Assembly (NCBI GenBank): GCA_027618305.1
Contig: JAQCFD010000001.1
Location: 1-60,638, forward strand
Direction of reading: 5' to 3'
DNA length: 60,638 nt
Source of the DNA: Pseudomonadota bacterium
GTDB taxonomy: Bacteria; Pseudomonadota; Alphaproteobacteria; UBA6615
The translations under genes were made by a program, and so were the position numbers. The notes under the pieces are model-generated. The model did not search any database. It had not been told where the DNA came from and saw only the letters and a list, made by a program, of their open reading frames with translations. Below are positions 9,355 to 20,234 of this stretch, in pieces (positions within the stretch are counted from its first letter, which is position 1; every line of letters starts with the position of its first letter).

Positions 9355-11193
9355 CTAGTTTCCCGAGCCTGGCTTGTGCCACAGGGTCTCCAGCCGGAGC
9401 CCGTAGACCGGCACGGTCACCGGGCGGCCGATCCGCGTCCAATAGGCAATGCGCTGCCCAGCGTCGTGGTAGAGCGGCATCACATAGTGGTTCCACATCA
9501 GGATCCGGTCGAGGGCCCGGGCTGCGGCGACGAGCTCTGCGCGATCGCGCGCCTCACCCAGGGCGGCGATCATGGCGTCGATTGCCGGATCTGCGACGCC
9601 CGCCCAGTTCCGCCCGCCGGGCTGCTCGGCGGTTTTTGAACTCCAGTAATTCTGCTGCTCGTTGCCCGGTGACAGGGTGACCCCCCAGAAGCCGAAGACC
9701 ATGTCGAAATCATAGGAATCGATCAGCCCCTGGAACTGGGCGGATTCGACCAGCCGGACGGTCGTGGTGATCCCGAGGCGCTTCAGGTTGCGCCCGTAGG
9801 CGAGCGCGATACGTTCGTTGGAGGGCTGGCGGATGGTGATCTCGATTCGGAAGCTGTTGCCGGCTGAATCGATGCGGCTATCGTTTTCGATCCGCCAACC
9901 GGCAGCCGTGAGAAGCTCGGCTGCACGCTTGAGGTTGGCCCGGGGCCGCCCTGACCCGTTCGTCATCGGCGGTGTGTAGGGCGGCCCGAACACCGCGTCG
10001 GGGATCTTGCCGCGCCACGGTTCAAGCAGCGCCAGCTCGGCCCCCTCGGGCGCACCCTCGGGCGCCATGTCGGAGCCGGAGAACATGCTTTGGGTGCGCT
10101 TGTAGCCGTCATGCAAAAGGGTTTTGTTGAGCCATTCGAAATCGAAGGCGAGGGTCAGCGCCTTGCGCACCCGAATGTCGGCGAATTTCTCCCGCCGCAG
10201 GTTGAAGGCGAGCGCATTCAAACCCGACGGGAGGCCCGTCTGCAGTACGTCGAGTTCGACCGCGCCGGTTGCCGCGGCGGGAATGTCGTACTGGGTGGCC
10301 CAGCGTGCCGCATCGCCTTCGAAGCGGAAGTCGTAGTCGCCGGCCTTGAAGGCCTCGAGCGCGACCGCGGAATCGCGGAAATAGTCGAACCGGACGTCGT
10401 CGAAATTATACTGTCCACGGTTCACCGCCAGATCTGCTCCCCAATAGTCAGGGTTCCGCGCGAAGACCAGGCTTCGGCCCGGATCGACCGAAGCAATTGT
10501 ATAGGGCCCGCTCGCCAGGGGCGGCTCCAGCGTCGTCGCATCGAAGATGCGGTCCTGCCACCAGGCCTTCGACAGGATCGGCATGAAGCCGGCAATCAGC
10601 ATCGGCAACTCACGGTCGCGATTGTCGACGAAGGTGAATCGCACTCGCCGGGGGCCGGTCTCCGCCGCCGTGATCACGCGCGCCCAGGTGGCCCTTGCGT
10701 TCGGGCTGCCCTTGGCCTTGAGGGTCTCCCAGCTGAAGATGACGTCGTCCACCGTGACGGGGCTACCGTCCGAGAACCGCGCCTCGGCACGCAGCGTAAA
10801 CTCTACCCAGGCGCGGTCGGGTGGTGTCTCGATGGTCTCTGCGAGCAGCCCGTAGAGGGAGAACGGCTCGTCGCGGCTGCGCTTGGCCAGGGTCTCGAAG
10901 TAGATCCCGAAGCCGTTGTGCAGCCCTGCCGCCGGCTTGCCCTTGACGATGTAGGGGTTGAGGGAATCGAAGCTGCCGATGGCGTGCAGGCGCAGGCTGC
11001 CGCCCTTCGGCGCATCGGGATTCACATAATCGAAGTGGGTGAAATCGGCGGTATATTTTGTCGCCCCAAGCATGGCGATGGCGCCTTCGGGGGCGGCCTT
11101 GGCCGGGGCCGTCCCGGACAGCGCCAAAATTGTCCCGATGAACGCCGGGGCGAGCAGGCGGGATGTGGTATGGCGGAGTCGGGTCTGGCGCAT
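9355..11193 (-). CDS. ABC transporter substrate-binding protein, family 5 (YejA-like)
   Basis: 612 aa. Signal peptide (ILALSGTAPAKAAPEG). Length and sequence are typical of oligopeptide/microcin-type periplasmic binding proteins. No permease or ATPase gene is adjacent. Confidence 0.85.
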   Translation of the reverse strand: MRQTRLRHTTSRLLAPAFIGTILALSGTAPAKAAPEGAIAMLGATKYTADFTHFDYVNPDAPKGGSLRLHAIGSFDSLNPYIVKGKPAAGLHNGFGIYFETLAKRSRDEPFSLYGLLAETIETPPDRAWVEFTLRAEARFSDGSPVTVDDVIFSWETLKAKGSPNARATWARVITAAETGPRRVRFTFVDNRDRELPMLIAGFMPILSKAWWQDRIFDATTLEPPLASGPYTIASVDPGRSLVFARNPDYWGADLAVNRGQYNFDDVRFDYFRDSAVALEAFKAGDYDFRFEGDAARWATQYDIPAAATGAVELDVLQTGLPSGLNALAFNLRREKFADIRVRKALTLAFDFEWLNKTLLHDGYKRTQSMFSGSDMAPEGAPEGAELALLEPWRGKIPDAVFGPPYTPPMTNGSGRPRANLKRAAELLTAAGWRIENDSRIDSAGNSFRIEITIRQPSNERIALAYGRNLKRLGITTTVRLVESAQFQGLIDSYDFDMVFGFWGVTLSPGNEQQNYWSSKTAEQPGGRNWAGVADPAIDAMIAALGEARDRAELVAAARALDRILMWNHYVMPLYHDAGQRIAYWTRIGRPVTVPVYGLRLETLWHKPGSGN

Positions 11194-11300
11194 GGCTCAA
11201 GCGATCTTTACTGGGGATGTGGGACAGGCACCCCAAATATACTGTCGGACATGAGTCGAAATTGCGACCGAACCAATAACAGATACGATGGGATACGAAG

Positions 11301-12416
11301 ATGCTGATTGGCGTGCCGCGAGAAATCAAGAATCGGGAATATCGTGTTGGGCTCACCCCGGCCTCGGTGCGCGACCTGGTACACCACGGCCATCAGGTGC
11401 TGGTCGAGACCGAAGCGGGGCTGGGCGCAAACTTTGCCGACGAGGACTATGTGGCGGCCGGTGCACAAATCGCGCCGGACGCGGCAGCGGTGTTCGCCGC
11501 GGCGGAAATGATCGTCAAGGTCAAGGAGCCCCAGCACGAGGAATTTGGCCTGCTGCGTGACGGCCAGATTCTGTTCACCTACCTGCATCTCGCCGCGGAG
11601 CGCGAGGTCACCCGGGCCCTGATCGACGCGGGGGCGGTGGCCATCGCCTATGAGACCGTGACCGACCGGCTTGGCGGGCTGCCGCTGCTGGCGCCGATGA
11701 GCGAGGTGGCGGGCCGCATGTCAGTCTAGGTCGGCGCCCATTACCTGGAAAAGGAAGCGGGCGGGCGGGGCGTTCTGATGGGTGGCGTGCCCGGTGTGGA
11801 GGCGGCCGATGTGCTGGTCATCGGCGGCGGCGTGTCCGGCACCAACGCCGTGCGCATGGCGATGGGCATGGAGGCGAAGGTCACGGTGCTGGACCGATCC
11901 CTCGACCGGTTGCGTGAACTGGACATGCAGTTCGGCCCGACCCTCAACACGATTTATTCGACGGTCGATGCGGTCGAACGCTACGCGCTGAACGCGGATC
12001 TTGTGATTGGCGCGGTCCTGGTGCCGGGCGCGGCCGCACCCAAGCTGCTGACCGCAGACACGGTCCGGCGGATGCGGCGGGGCGCGGTGGTCGTCGATAT
12101 CGCGATCGATCAGGGCGGGTGTTTTGAGACCTCGCGGCCCACCACCCATGACGATCCCACCTATATTGTCGACGAGGTCGTGCATTATTGCGTGACGAAT
12201 ATGCCGGCGGCTGTGGCGCGTTCGTCAACGGCTGCGCTCAACAACGCAACCCTGCCCTATGCGCTGGCGCTGGCCGACAAGGGATACCGTCAGGCGCTGC
12301 GTGACGATGCGGGTCTTCGTGGGGGCTTGAGTGTGGTGACCGGGGCGGTGACCCACGGCGCGGTCGCCGAGGCGTTGGGCCTGCCGCTTGCCGACGTGGA
12401 CGAGGTGTTGGGCTAG
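11301..12416 (+). pseudogene. ald: Alanine dehydrogenase interrupted by a single in-frame TAG at 11727-11729
   Basis: ORFs 11301..11729 and 11778..12416 are in the same frame (11778-11301=477). Read-through gives ...[50 protein letters not shown]..., a colinear full-length Ald of about 371 aa. The stop sits where Ald proteins, as I recall them, have Gln (CAG). Confidence 0.8.
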
Positions 12417-13144
12417 GCGTACTCGTTTTTGAGGTCGAGGGCGTAGCCTGCGGACCGGACCGTTCGGATGAGGTCGTCCGTGCCGGGCAGGTTCATGGCC
12501 TTGCGCAGGCGCCGAATATGCACATCGACGGTGCGGGGTTCGATATAGGTGTCATGGCCCCAGACCGAATCGAGCAGTTGCTCGCGCGAAAAGACGCGGC
12601 CGGGATGCTCCAACAGGAAGTGCAGAAGCCGAAACTCTGTCGGCCCCAGCTCCACCGGCGCGTCGGCCCGGCTGACCCGATGGGTCGTCATGTCCATGGC
12701 GATGTCGCCATAGGTCAGAAGGTCCTTGTCGAAGGCCGGGCGGGTGCGTCGCAGAACCGCCCGGACCCGGGCGATGAGTTCGCTCGGCGAAAAGGGTTTG
12801 ACCACATAGTCGTCGGCCCCGGCGTCGAGCCCGCGGATGCGGTCATCTTCCTCGCCGCGTGCGGTGAGTATAATGATTGGCAGGTCGCGCGTATCTGGGT
12901 TGCGCCGGATGCGGCGGCAAATCTCGATGCCCGACACATAGGGCAGCATCCAGTCGAGCAGGATCAGGTCGGGCTTGTGTTCCTCCACCGCCAGCATGGC
13001 CTCGTCGCCGTCACGGGCGATCTGCGCGCGGAAGCCGGCCTTCTCCAGATTGTAGGAGAGCAGCTCGACGAGCGGCGGCTCGTCTTCGACGATCAGGACG
13101 TTGGGTTTCAGGCTGTTCACGGGGATCCTCGCCGGGGCGTTCAA
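12413..13144 (-). CDS. phoB: Phosphate regulon response regulator PhoB
   Basis: Receiver domain (LILLDWMLP) plus an OmpR/PhoB winged helix (RTVDVHIRRLRKA). 4-nt overlap with phoU. Confidence 0.95.
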   Translation of the reverse strand: MNAPARIPVNSLKPNVLIVEDEPPLVELLSYNLEKAGFRAQIARDGDEAMLAVEEHKPDLILLDWMLPYVSGIEICRRIRRNPDTRDLPIIILTARGEEDDRIRGLDAGADDYVVKPFSPSELIARVRAVLRRTRPAFDKDLLTYGDIAMDMTTHRVSRADAPVELGPTEFRLLHFLLEHPGRVFSREQLLDSVWGHDTYIEPRTVDVHIRRLRKAMNLPGTDDLIRTVRSAGYALDLKNEYA

Positions 13145-13860
13145 TGGGGCTCAACCACGGCGACGCTGGATTCGTCCGCCTTGGGACGAACCTCATCGAG
13201 CGCGCGGCCCTCGACCTGGTAGTGAATGAGCTCGGCGATATTCGTTGCGAGATCGCCGATCCGTTCGATGTTGCGCGCGACGAACAGCAGATGGGTGCAG
13301 GCGGTAATGTTGCGCGCATCCTCCATCATGTAGGTGAGCAGTTCGCGGAACAGGCTGTCGTACATATCGTCGACTTCCTTGTCCCGGGCCCAGACCTCAC
13401 GTGCCATCGCGACATCGTTGTTCGAGAAGGCGTCGAGCACATCCTTGATCATTTCACGCACCAGGCGCCCCATGCGCGGGATGGTGAAGAGCGGCTTCAC
13501 CGGCGGCATCTGGTTGAGCGCGATGGTGCGCTTGGCGACGTTCTTCGAATAATCACCGATCCGCTCGACGATCGGCGCGACCTTCAGCGCGGTCACGATG
13601 TGGCGCAGATCGGTCGCCATCGGCTGGCGCAGGGCCAGGAGGCGGATCGCCATTTCGTCGATCTCCACATGCAGATCGTCGATTCGGTGATCATTATCGA
13701 TCGCGTCTTCGGCTCGCGAAGAATCGCGCTTCTGCAGCGCCTCTATGGCGTTCTCGAGCTGGGATTCGGCGAGGCCGCCCATGCGGCTCAGGAGGTCGCT
13801 CAACCGGCTGAGTTCCTCGTCGAAGGAAGTGACAATATGTTCGGTGGCCATCGGGTCCAC
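13141..13860 (-). CDS. phoU: Phosphate signalling accessory protein PhoU
   Basis: Two PhoU repeats (ERIGDYSKNVAK and ERIGDLATNIAE). Confidence 0.95.
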   Translation of the reverse strand: MDPMATEHIVTSFDEELSRLSDLLSRMGGLAESQLENAIEALQKRDSSRAEDAIDNDHRIDDLHVEIDEMAIRLLALRQPMATDLRHIVTALKVAPIVERIGDYSKNVAKRTIALNQMPPVKPLFTIPRMGRLVREMIKDVLDAFSNNDVAMAREVWARDKEVDDMYDSLFRELLTYMMEDARNITACTHLLFVARNIERIGDLATNIAELIHYQVEGRALDEVRPKADESSVAVVEPH

Positions 13861-13884
13861 TCCGTTGTCTGTTGCGGTTTCGGA

Positions 13885-14751
<867 letters not shown>

Positions 14752-14752
14752 A

Positions 14753-16057
14753 CTACCACCGCCTTTCTAATTTCCGCCGCAGAAGTACGGCGGCGAGGTT
14801 CATCAGGATTAGGAAGGCCAGCAACACCATGATCGCGGCCGATGTTCGTTCGACAAAGGCGCGCTCGGGGGCATCGGCCCAGAGGAAGACCTGAACGGGA
14901 AGGACTGTGGCGGCATCGGTGAAGCTGCGCGGGATATCGACGATGAAGGCGACCATGCCGATCATCAGCAGCGGCGCGGTCTCGCCCAGCGCGCGGGCCA
15001 TGCCGATGATCGTCCCGGTCAGGATACCGGGCATCGCCAGGGGCAGGACATGGTGCGAGACCGTCTGCAGGGGTGACGCGCCGACCCCCAGCGCCGCCTC
15101 GCGGATGGACGGCGGCACCGACTGCAGCGCGGCCCGCCCGGCAATGATCACGGTCGGCAGGGTCATCAGCGCTAGCACGAGCCCGCCGACGAGCGGCGCG
15201 GAGCGCGGGAGCTCGAAGAAATTCAGGAACACGGCAAGGCCCAGCAGGCCGAAGACGATCGATGGCACCGCGGCGAGATTGTTGATGTTCACCTCAATCA
15301 GGTCGGTCCATCGATTCTTCGGCGCGAATTCTTCGAGATAGACCGCGGACATGACACCGATGGGGAATGACAGAATGAGCGTCACCACCAGGGTTAGGGT
15401 GGTGCCGACGACGGCCCCCAGGACACCGGCCTGTTCGGGTTCGCGGCTGTCGCCCGAGGTAAAGAAGGTGGTGTTGAAGGAGCGGCGAGTCCGGTCGTCC
15501 GCGCTGAGCTTGTCGAACCAGCCGATCTGCGCGTCGCTCACCCGCCGGTCGCTCTCGACCACATCGCGTGGGATCGCGCCCTTGTTGAGCTGATCGATGT
15601 CGGCGGAAGATTTGAACCAGATGGTTTGTGTCGTGTCGATCAGGCCCGGATCCGTCTCGACGATCTGCCGCAGGGTGAAATCCGAACCCGTGGAGACGAG
15701 CCTGTAAAGTTCGCGCAGGTCTCGCCGGCCCGAGACATCGGGGAACTGGGCGCGTATCGCGTCACGCACGATCTTGCGATAGTTGCCTTTGGCGAGAACC
15801 TCGGGGTCGAGAGTGCCGTTCGGGTCGATCTGGGCCCGGTCGAGGGTCACGTCCAGCGCGATTTCGGTCTGGGTGAAGGCGCTCGAGCCGGTCATGACAA
15901 TCGAGCCGAGCAGGAAGGCGAGCATGCCCAGCGCCGCCACGATCGCGGCGATGCCATAGAGCTTGAATCGCGCCTCGGCCCGGTATCGCTTGCGCAGATG
16001 GGCGTTGGAGAAATCGGGTTTGCGGGTGGCCGCTCGGTCGGCGATGAAATCAGTCAT
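14753..16057 (-). CDS. pstA: Phosphate ABC transporter permease PstA
   Basis: Within ORF 14753..16198. Start moved to MTDFIADR (ATG 16057), which overlaps the pstC stop by 8 nt. Permease EAA-type loop. Confidence 0.9.
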   Translation of the reverse strand: MTDFIADRAATRKPDFSNAHLRKRYRAEARFKLYGIAAIVAALGMLAFLLGSIVMTGSSAFTQTEIALDVTLDRAQIDPNGTLDPEVLAKGNYRKIVRDAIRAQFPDVSGRRDLRELYRLVSTGSDFTLRQIVETDPGLIDTTQTIWFKSSADIDQLNKGAIPRDVVESDRRVSDAQIGWFDKLSADDRTRRSFNTTFFTSGDSREPEQAGVLGAVVGTTLTLVVTLILSFPIGVMSAVYLEEFAPKNRWTDLIEVNINNLAAVPSIVFGLLGLAVFLNFFELPRSAPLVGGLVLALMTLPTVIIAGRAALQSVPPSIREAALGVGASPLQTVSHHVLPLAMPGILTGTIIGMARALGETAPLLMIGMVAFIVDIPRSFTDAATVLPVQVFLWADAPERAFVERTSAAIMVLLAFLILMNLAAVLLRRKLERRW

Positions 16058-17432
16058 ATTCTTCTCGATACTTACGCACCACACGCAGGGCGACGATGTT
16101 GAGCGCCAGTGTGACCAGGAAGAGCACCAGGCCGAGCGCGAAGGCGGCGAGGGTCTTGGCGCTGTCAAATTCCTGATCGCCGACCAGCAGGGTGACAATC
16201 TGGACCGTGACCGTGGTGACGGCCTCCAGCGGGTTGGCCGTCAGATTGGCGGACAGGCCGGCGGCCATGACAACAATCATTGTCTCGCCAATGGCGCGGC
16301 TGACCGCGAGCAGGACGGCCCCCACGATGCCGTGGAGCGATGCGGGCAGAATGACCCGGCGGATCGTTTCGGAATGGGTGGCGCCGAGAGCCAGGGAGCC
16401 GTCGCGCAGGGATTGGGGGACGGCATTGATGACATCGTCCGAGAGAGATGAAACGAAGGGAATGATCATCACGCCCATCACCAGACCGGCAGCAAGCGCG
16501 CTTTCCGAGGCGACCGGCAGGCCGACCGATTCACCGAGACCGCGGAACAGCGGCCCGATCGTGAGGGCGGCGAAAAACCCGTAGACGACTGTCGGGATGC
16601 CCGCGAGGATCTCGAGCGCCGGCTTGATCAGGGAGCGGGTGGTCGGGCTGGCATATTCTGCCATGTAGATGGCGGCCATCAGTCCGATGGGCACGGCGAC
16701 GATCATCGCGATCACCGTTATCAATAGCGTGCCGGCGAAGACCGGCACCGCACCGAAGGCACCCGAGCCACCGACCTGGTCGGCGCGCAGGGCCGTCTGT
16801 GGGCTCCAGTTCAGGCCGAACAGGAACTCCAGCGGATTGACCTGCCCGAAAAAACGGTTGGATTCGAACATCAGCGACAGGACGATCCCGATGGTCGTCA
16901 GAATGGCGATGACCGAGGCGATGAACAGAAGGCCGCGGACGATGCGCTCGACCTGGGGCCGGGCGCGCAGGGCCGGCTGGATGGCCCTGAGGCCGAAATA
17001 GAGGCCGCCGGATGTGAGGATCACGGCCGCGCCGGTCATCAGCGCGAATCCCAGCCGTTGCAGCTCGACATATCGCTCGGCGGCAGCCAGCACCATCGGG
17101 CTCGGGCTCCGCGTTGTGATGTCGCCGGTCGCGAGGTTGCGGATATCGCTGAGGAGCAGGCTGATCTGACCCTCGGACATGCCGGCGATGCCGTCGGCGA
17201 TTCCCGAAAGGACCAGGCGTTCGACCATGTCCGTTTGCAGCATCAGCCACAGTGCGACGACGATCAGCGCGGGCAGCCCGCACCAAAGGGCGACATAGGC
17301 GCCATGGTAGGACGGAAGAGAATGGAGGTTTGCGACGCTGCCTTCGACACTCGCGAGCGCCTTGCGGCGGCCATAGCGGTAGGCAAAGGTCGTGAGGCCA
17401 AGCAGCACAATAATAAGGATAAGGGTGTTCAT
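16050..17432 (-). CDS. pstC: Phosphate ABC transporter permease PstC
   Basis: 460 aa polytopic permease in the pstS-C-A-B position. Confidence 0.9.
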   Translation of the reverse strand: MNTLILIIVLLGLTTFAYRYGRRKALASVEGSVANLHSLPSYHGAYVALWCGLPALIVVALWLMLQTDMVERLVLSGIADGIAGMSEGQISLLLSDIRNLATGDITTRSPSPMVLAAAERYVELQRLGFALMTGAAVILTSGGLYFGLRAIQPALRARPQVERIVRGLLFIASVIAILTTIGIVLSLMFESNRFFGQVNPLEFLFGLNWSPQTALRADQVGGSGAFGAVPVFAGTLLITVIAMIVAVPIGLMAAIYMAEYASPTTRSLIKPALEILAGIPTVVYGFFAALTIGPLFRGLGESVGLPVASESALAAGLVMGVMIIPFVSSLSDDVINAVPQSLRDGSLALGATHSETIRRVILPASLHGIVGAVLLAVSRAIGETMIVVMAAGLSANLTANPLEAVTTVTVQIVTLLVGDQEFDSAKTLAAFALGLVLFLVTLALNIVALRVVRKYREEYD

Positions 17433-17513
17433 GAATTCAGGCGCTGCTCGGGAATGATTCCGGGGTCGGAAAAACCACCGGCACCCGAGGGTGCCGGTGG
17501 GTCGGGATGGGAC

Positions 17514-18524
17514 TTACATGGACAGGGGCTGCAGGCCCTGCGCCTGCTTTGCCATCGCGGCACGTGCGGCGTCAGGCAGCGGGATCAGACCCTTGCCGAT
17601 CAGGTATCCGTCGGGACCCCAGGCATTCTCGCTGGTGAATTCCGTGACGAACTCCTTGATGCCGGGGATGACGCCCACATGCTGCTGCTTCACATAGAAG
17701 AAGAGCGAGCGCGAGACGGGATAGTTGCCGGCGGCAATTTCCTCGAACTCCGGCATGGTGCCGTCAACCGTCGCACCCTTGAGCTTGTCGGCGTTCTGGT
17801 CGAGGAAGCTGAAGCCGAAGATGCCGAAGGCATTCGGGTTCGCCTCGAGTTTCTGGACGATCAGATTGTCGTTCTCGCCCGCTTCGATGAAGGCACCGTC
17901 TTCACGCACCGCGTGGCAGGCCTTATTCGCGAGGCCGAGTTCCTTGGCGCCGGCGAGCGTCTTGCAGCCGCCTTCCATGGCGATTTCGACAAACGCATCG
18001 CGGGTGCCGCTGGTCGGCGGCGGTCCGAGCACTTCGATCTTCTGGGCCGGCAGAGACGGGTCGATATCGGACCACATCTTGTTGGGGTTCGCGACCAGCT
18101 TGCCGCCCTGGGGGATTTCCGCGGCGAGGGCCAGGAAGACCTGCTCGAGGCTCAGGCTGATGTCGGGGCCGCTCTTGGCGTTGGCGATCACGATACCGTC
18201 GAAGCCGACCTGGACTTCCGTGATGTCGATGCCGTTCTTGGTGCAGGCCTCGAACTCGGACTTCTTCATGCGCCGCGACGCGTTGGTCATGTCGGGATGG
18301 TCCTCACCGACGCCGGAACAGAACAGCTTCATGCCGCCGCCGGTGCCGGTGCTTTCAACGACCGGGGTCGAGAAGCTGGATGATTTGCCGAATTGTTCCG
18401 CGACGGCGGTCGAGAACGGGAACACGGTGGACGATCCGACGATGCGAATCTGGTCGCGGGCTTCGGCGGCGCCGACCATACCGACGGTGATCGCTGCTGC
18501 GAGGGTCAGAGTTTTGATTTTCAC
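17514..18524 (-). CDS. pstS: Phosphate ABC transporter substrate-binding protein PstS
   Basis: Within ORF 17514..18611. Start moved to GTG 18524 (VKIKTLTLAAAITVGMVGAAEA signal peptide), preceded by AGGAGA. Conserved GSSTVFPF segment. Confidence 0.88.
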   Translation of the reverse strand: MKIKTLTLAAAITVGMVGAAEARDQIRIVGSSTVFPFSTAVAEQFGKSSSFSTPVVESTGTGGGMKLFCSGVGEDHPDMTNASRRMKKSEFEACTKNGIDITEVQVGFDGIVIANAKSGPDISLSLEQVFLALAAEIPQGGKLVANPNKMWSDIDPSLPAQKIEVLGPPPTSGTRDAFVEIAMEGGCKTLAGAKELGLANKACHAVREDGAFIEAGENDNLIVQKLEANPNAFGIFGFSFLDQNADKLKGATVDGTMPEFEEIAAGNYPVSRSLFFYVKQQHVGVIPGIKEFVTEFTSENAWGPDGYLIGKGLIPLPDAARAAMAKQAQGLQPLSM

Positions 18525-18633
18525 GGATGCCTCTCCTGAGGATGAATTCGTGGATGGAACGATGTTTTGCGCGCGGCGGGGAAATCCCGGTCCGTTTGCA
18601 GGCGCGAACATAGGGCCGTCAGAAGATGGGTGT

Positions 18634-18662
18634 ATGACAGTAATGTTTCAGTTTCGTGACAT
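18634..18662 (-). promoter_or_regulatory. Pho box (PhoB binding site) upstream of pstS
   Basis: On the minus strand: ATGTCAC-gaaa-CTGAAAC-atta-CTGTCAT. Three 7-mers at exact 11-nt periodicity (plus-strand copies start at 18634, 18645 and 18656), matching the CTGTCAT-N4-CTGTCAT Pho-box rule. About 110 nt upstream of the pstS start. Confidence 0.65.
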
Positions 18663-18728
18663 GATCGGCGGCTGGGGATAACCCGCATGCCAACGCGTCG
18701 AGGGCGCGCCGTGGCCTGTGGGGCGGCG

Positions 18729-20126
18729 TCAGGCCGCCGTGTCGGCGTCGCGGCGCATGCGCAATGTCACGGTAAAGGCGCTGCCTTCGCCGGGTTCGCT
18801 CTGAATGGACAGCTCACCGCGATGCCGGTTGGCGATGTGCTTGACGATGGCAAGGCCGAGGCCGGTGCCGCCGAGTTCGCGCGACCGGGCCGTGTCGACC
18901 CGGTAAAACCGCTCGGTCAGCCGCGGAATATGCTCGCGCGGGATGCCTTCGCCCTTATCGATGACCGACACGCTGGCGACGCCGTCCCGGACCGTGGCCT
19001 CTACCCGCACGACGCTCCCGGTACGTCCGTACTTGATCGCATTCTCGATCAGGTTCTGGAACAGCTGGGTAAGTTCCTCGGCCTGTCCCACCACCGGCCG
19101 GTCGAGGGCGTCGAGCGAGAGCTCGATACTGACATCGCGCGCGCGCATCTGCGGGGCCAGCAGGTCGGCCACGGTCGCGATGGTCTGTTTGAGGTTCACG
19201 GCGTCACGGGGGGGTGTGTGCTCGTTCATCTCGATCCGCGACAGGGACAACAGATCGTTGACGATCCGCGTCATGCGGGTGGACTGGGTGTCCATCAGAT
19301 CGAGGAAGCGCGCCTGGGCCGCGGGGTCGTCCTTTGCGGGGCCGCGCAGGGTTTCGATGAAACCGACGAGGGATGTCAGGGGGGTGCGCAGCTCATGGCT
19401 GACATTGGCCACGAAATCGGCGCGCATCTGCTCGCCGCGCCGCAACGCCGTGACGTCGCGCATCAGGATCAGCGCGCGGGCGTCGTCGTCATTTGAGGCG
19501 TTCGCGCGAATGGGTTCGACCCGAGCCTCGAAGGACTGATCGACCCGGTCGGTGAATGTGAACTCGACGGTTCGCGTGGACATGCCACCCAGGACGTCGG
19601 TCACGGCCTGCAGAATGCCAGGCTGGCGAATAACGGCCGAAAGGTCGCGCCCGGCCAGATCATTGACGCCGTGGCGGCCCTCCAGCAGCTTACGGGCTGC
19701 GGCGTTCGCGTAGACGAGCCGCGCCTGGGCATCGAGCGTGACGAGTGGGTCCGGCAGCGCGTCGAACAACAACTGGGCGGCCTGGAGGCCGTCACGCAGT
19801 TGCTTGCGGTCGCGTCCCCAGCTGCGTTCCAGCCGAAACAGCGCGGCGGCCACATCACCAATGGCACCTGTATCGTCGGGCTGGCCGGCCTCGGCAGCGG
19901 ATTCGGGCGGCAGGTCGATGAGCCCTTCGAGGCGGTTGCCGAGCTGTCGCAACCGGGACAAGGGACGAAAGACCAGCACCGCCGTGCCGCCAACGACGAA
20001 GGCGATGGCGATGAGCCCGGGCCCGAGGGAAAGCCGGTCAACGGCGATCAGCGCGATCAGTGCGATGGTTCCCGGCAGGCCAAGGCAGAGGGCCGCCGCA
20101 AGCAGATGATTGGTTTTCGGTGTCAT
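18729..20126 (-). CDS. phoR: Phosphate regulon sensor histidine kinase PhoR
   Basis: N-terminal TM segments, a PAS-like region, H-box FVANVSHELRTPLTS, and ATPase G-box GGTGLGLAIVKH. Confidence 0.9.
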   Translation of the reverse strand: MTPKTNHLLAAALCLGLPGTIALIALIAVDRLSLGPGLIAIAFVVGGTAVLVFRPLSRLRQLGNRLEGLIDLPPESAAEAGQPDDTGAIGDVAAALFRLERSWGRDRKQLRDGLQAAQLLFDALPDPLVTLDAQARLVYANAAARKLLEGRHGVNDLAGRDLSAVIRQPGILQAVTDVLGGMSTRTVEFTFTDRVDQSFEARVEPIRANASNDDDARALILMRDVTALRRGEQMRADFVANVSHELRTPLTSLVGFIETLRGPAKDDPAAQARFLDLMDTQSTRMTRIVNDLLSLSRIEMNEHTPPRDAVNLKQTIATVADLLAPQMRARDVSIELSLDALDRPVVGQAEELTQLFQNLIENAIKYGRTGSVVRVEATVRDGVASVSVIDKGEGIPREHIPRLTERFYRVDTARSRELGGTGLGLAIVKHIANRHRGELSIQSEPGEGSAFTVTLRMRRDADTAA

Positions 20127-20234
20127 CAGTCGTTTCTGTCGGACAATCCCAGGACGCGTGTCGACAATTCTAACATGTTGGCGCCGGGTTGCCTTCGCTG
20201 CGCAAGCGAGAAGACCGGGAAGCTAGTAATGCAC

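Noticed and set aside
20139-20166. Weak TGTC-containing repeats (TGTCGAC / CGTCCTG / TGTCCGA on the minus strand) at 10-11 nt spacing just upstream of phoR, as a possible second Pho box
   Set aside because: Each repeat matches CTGTCAT poorly. The nearest one is only about 13 nt from the phoR ATG, which is too close for a PhoB-activated -35 replacement.
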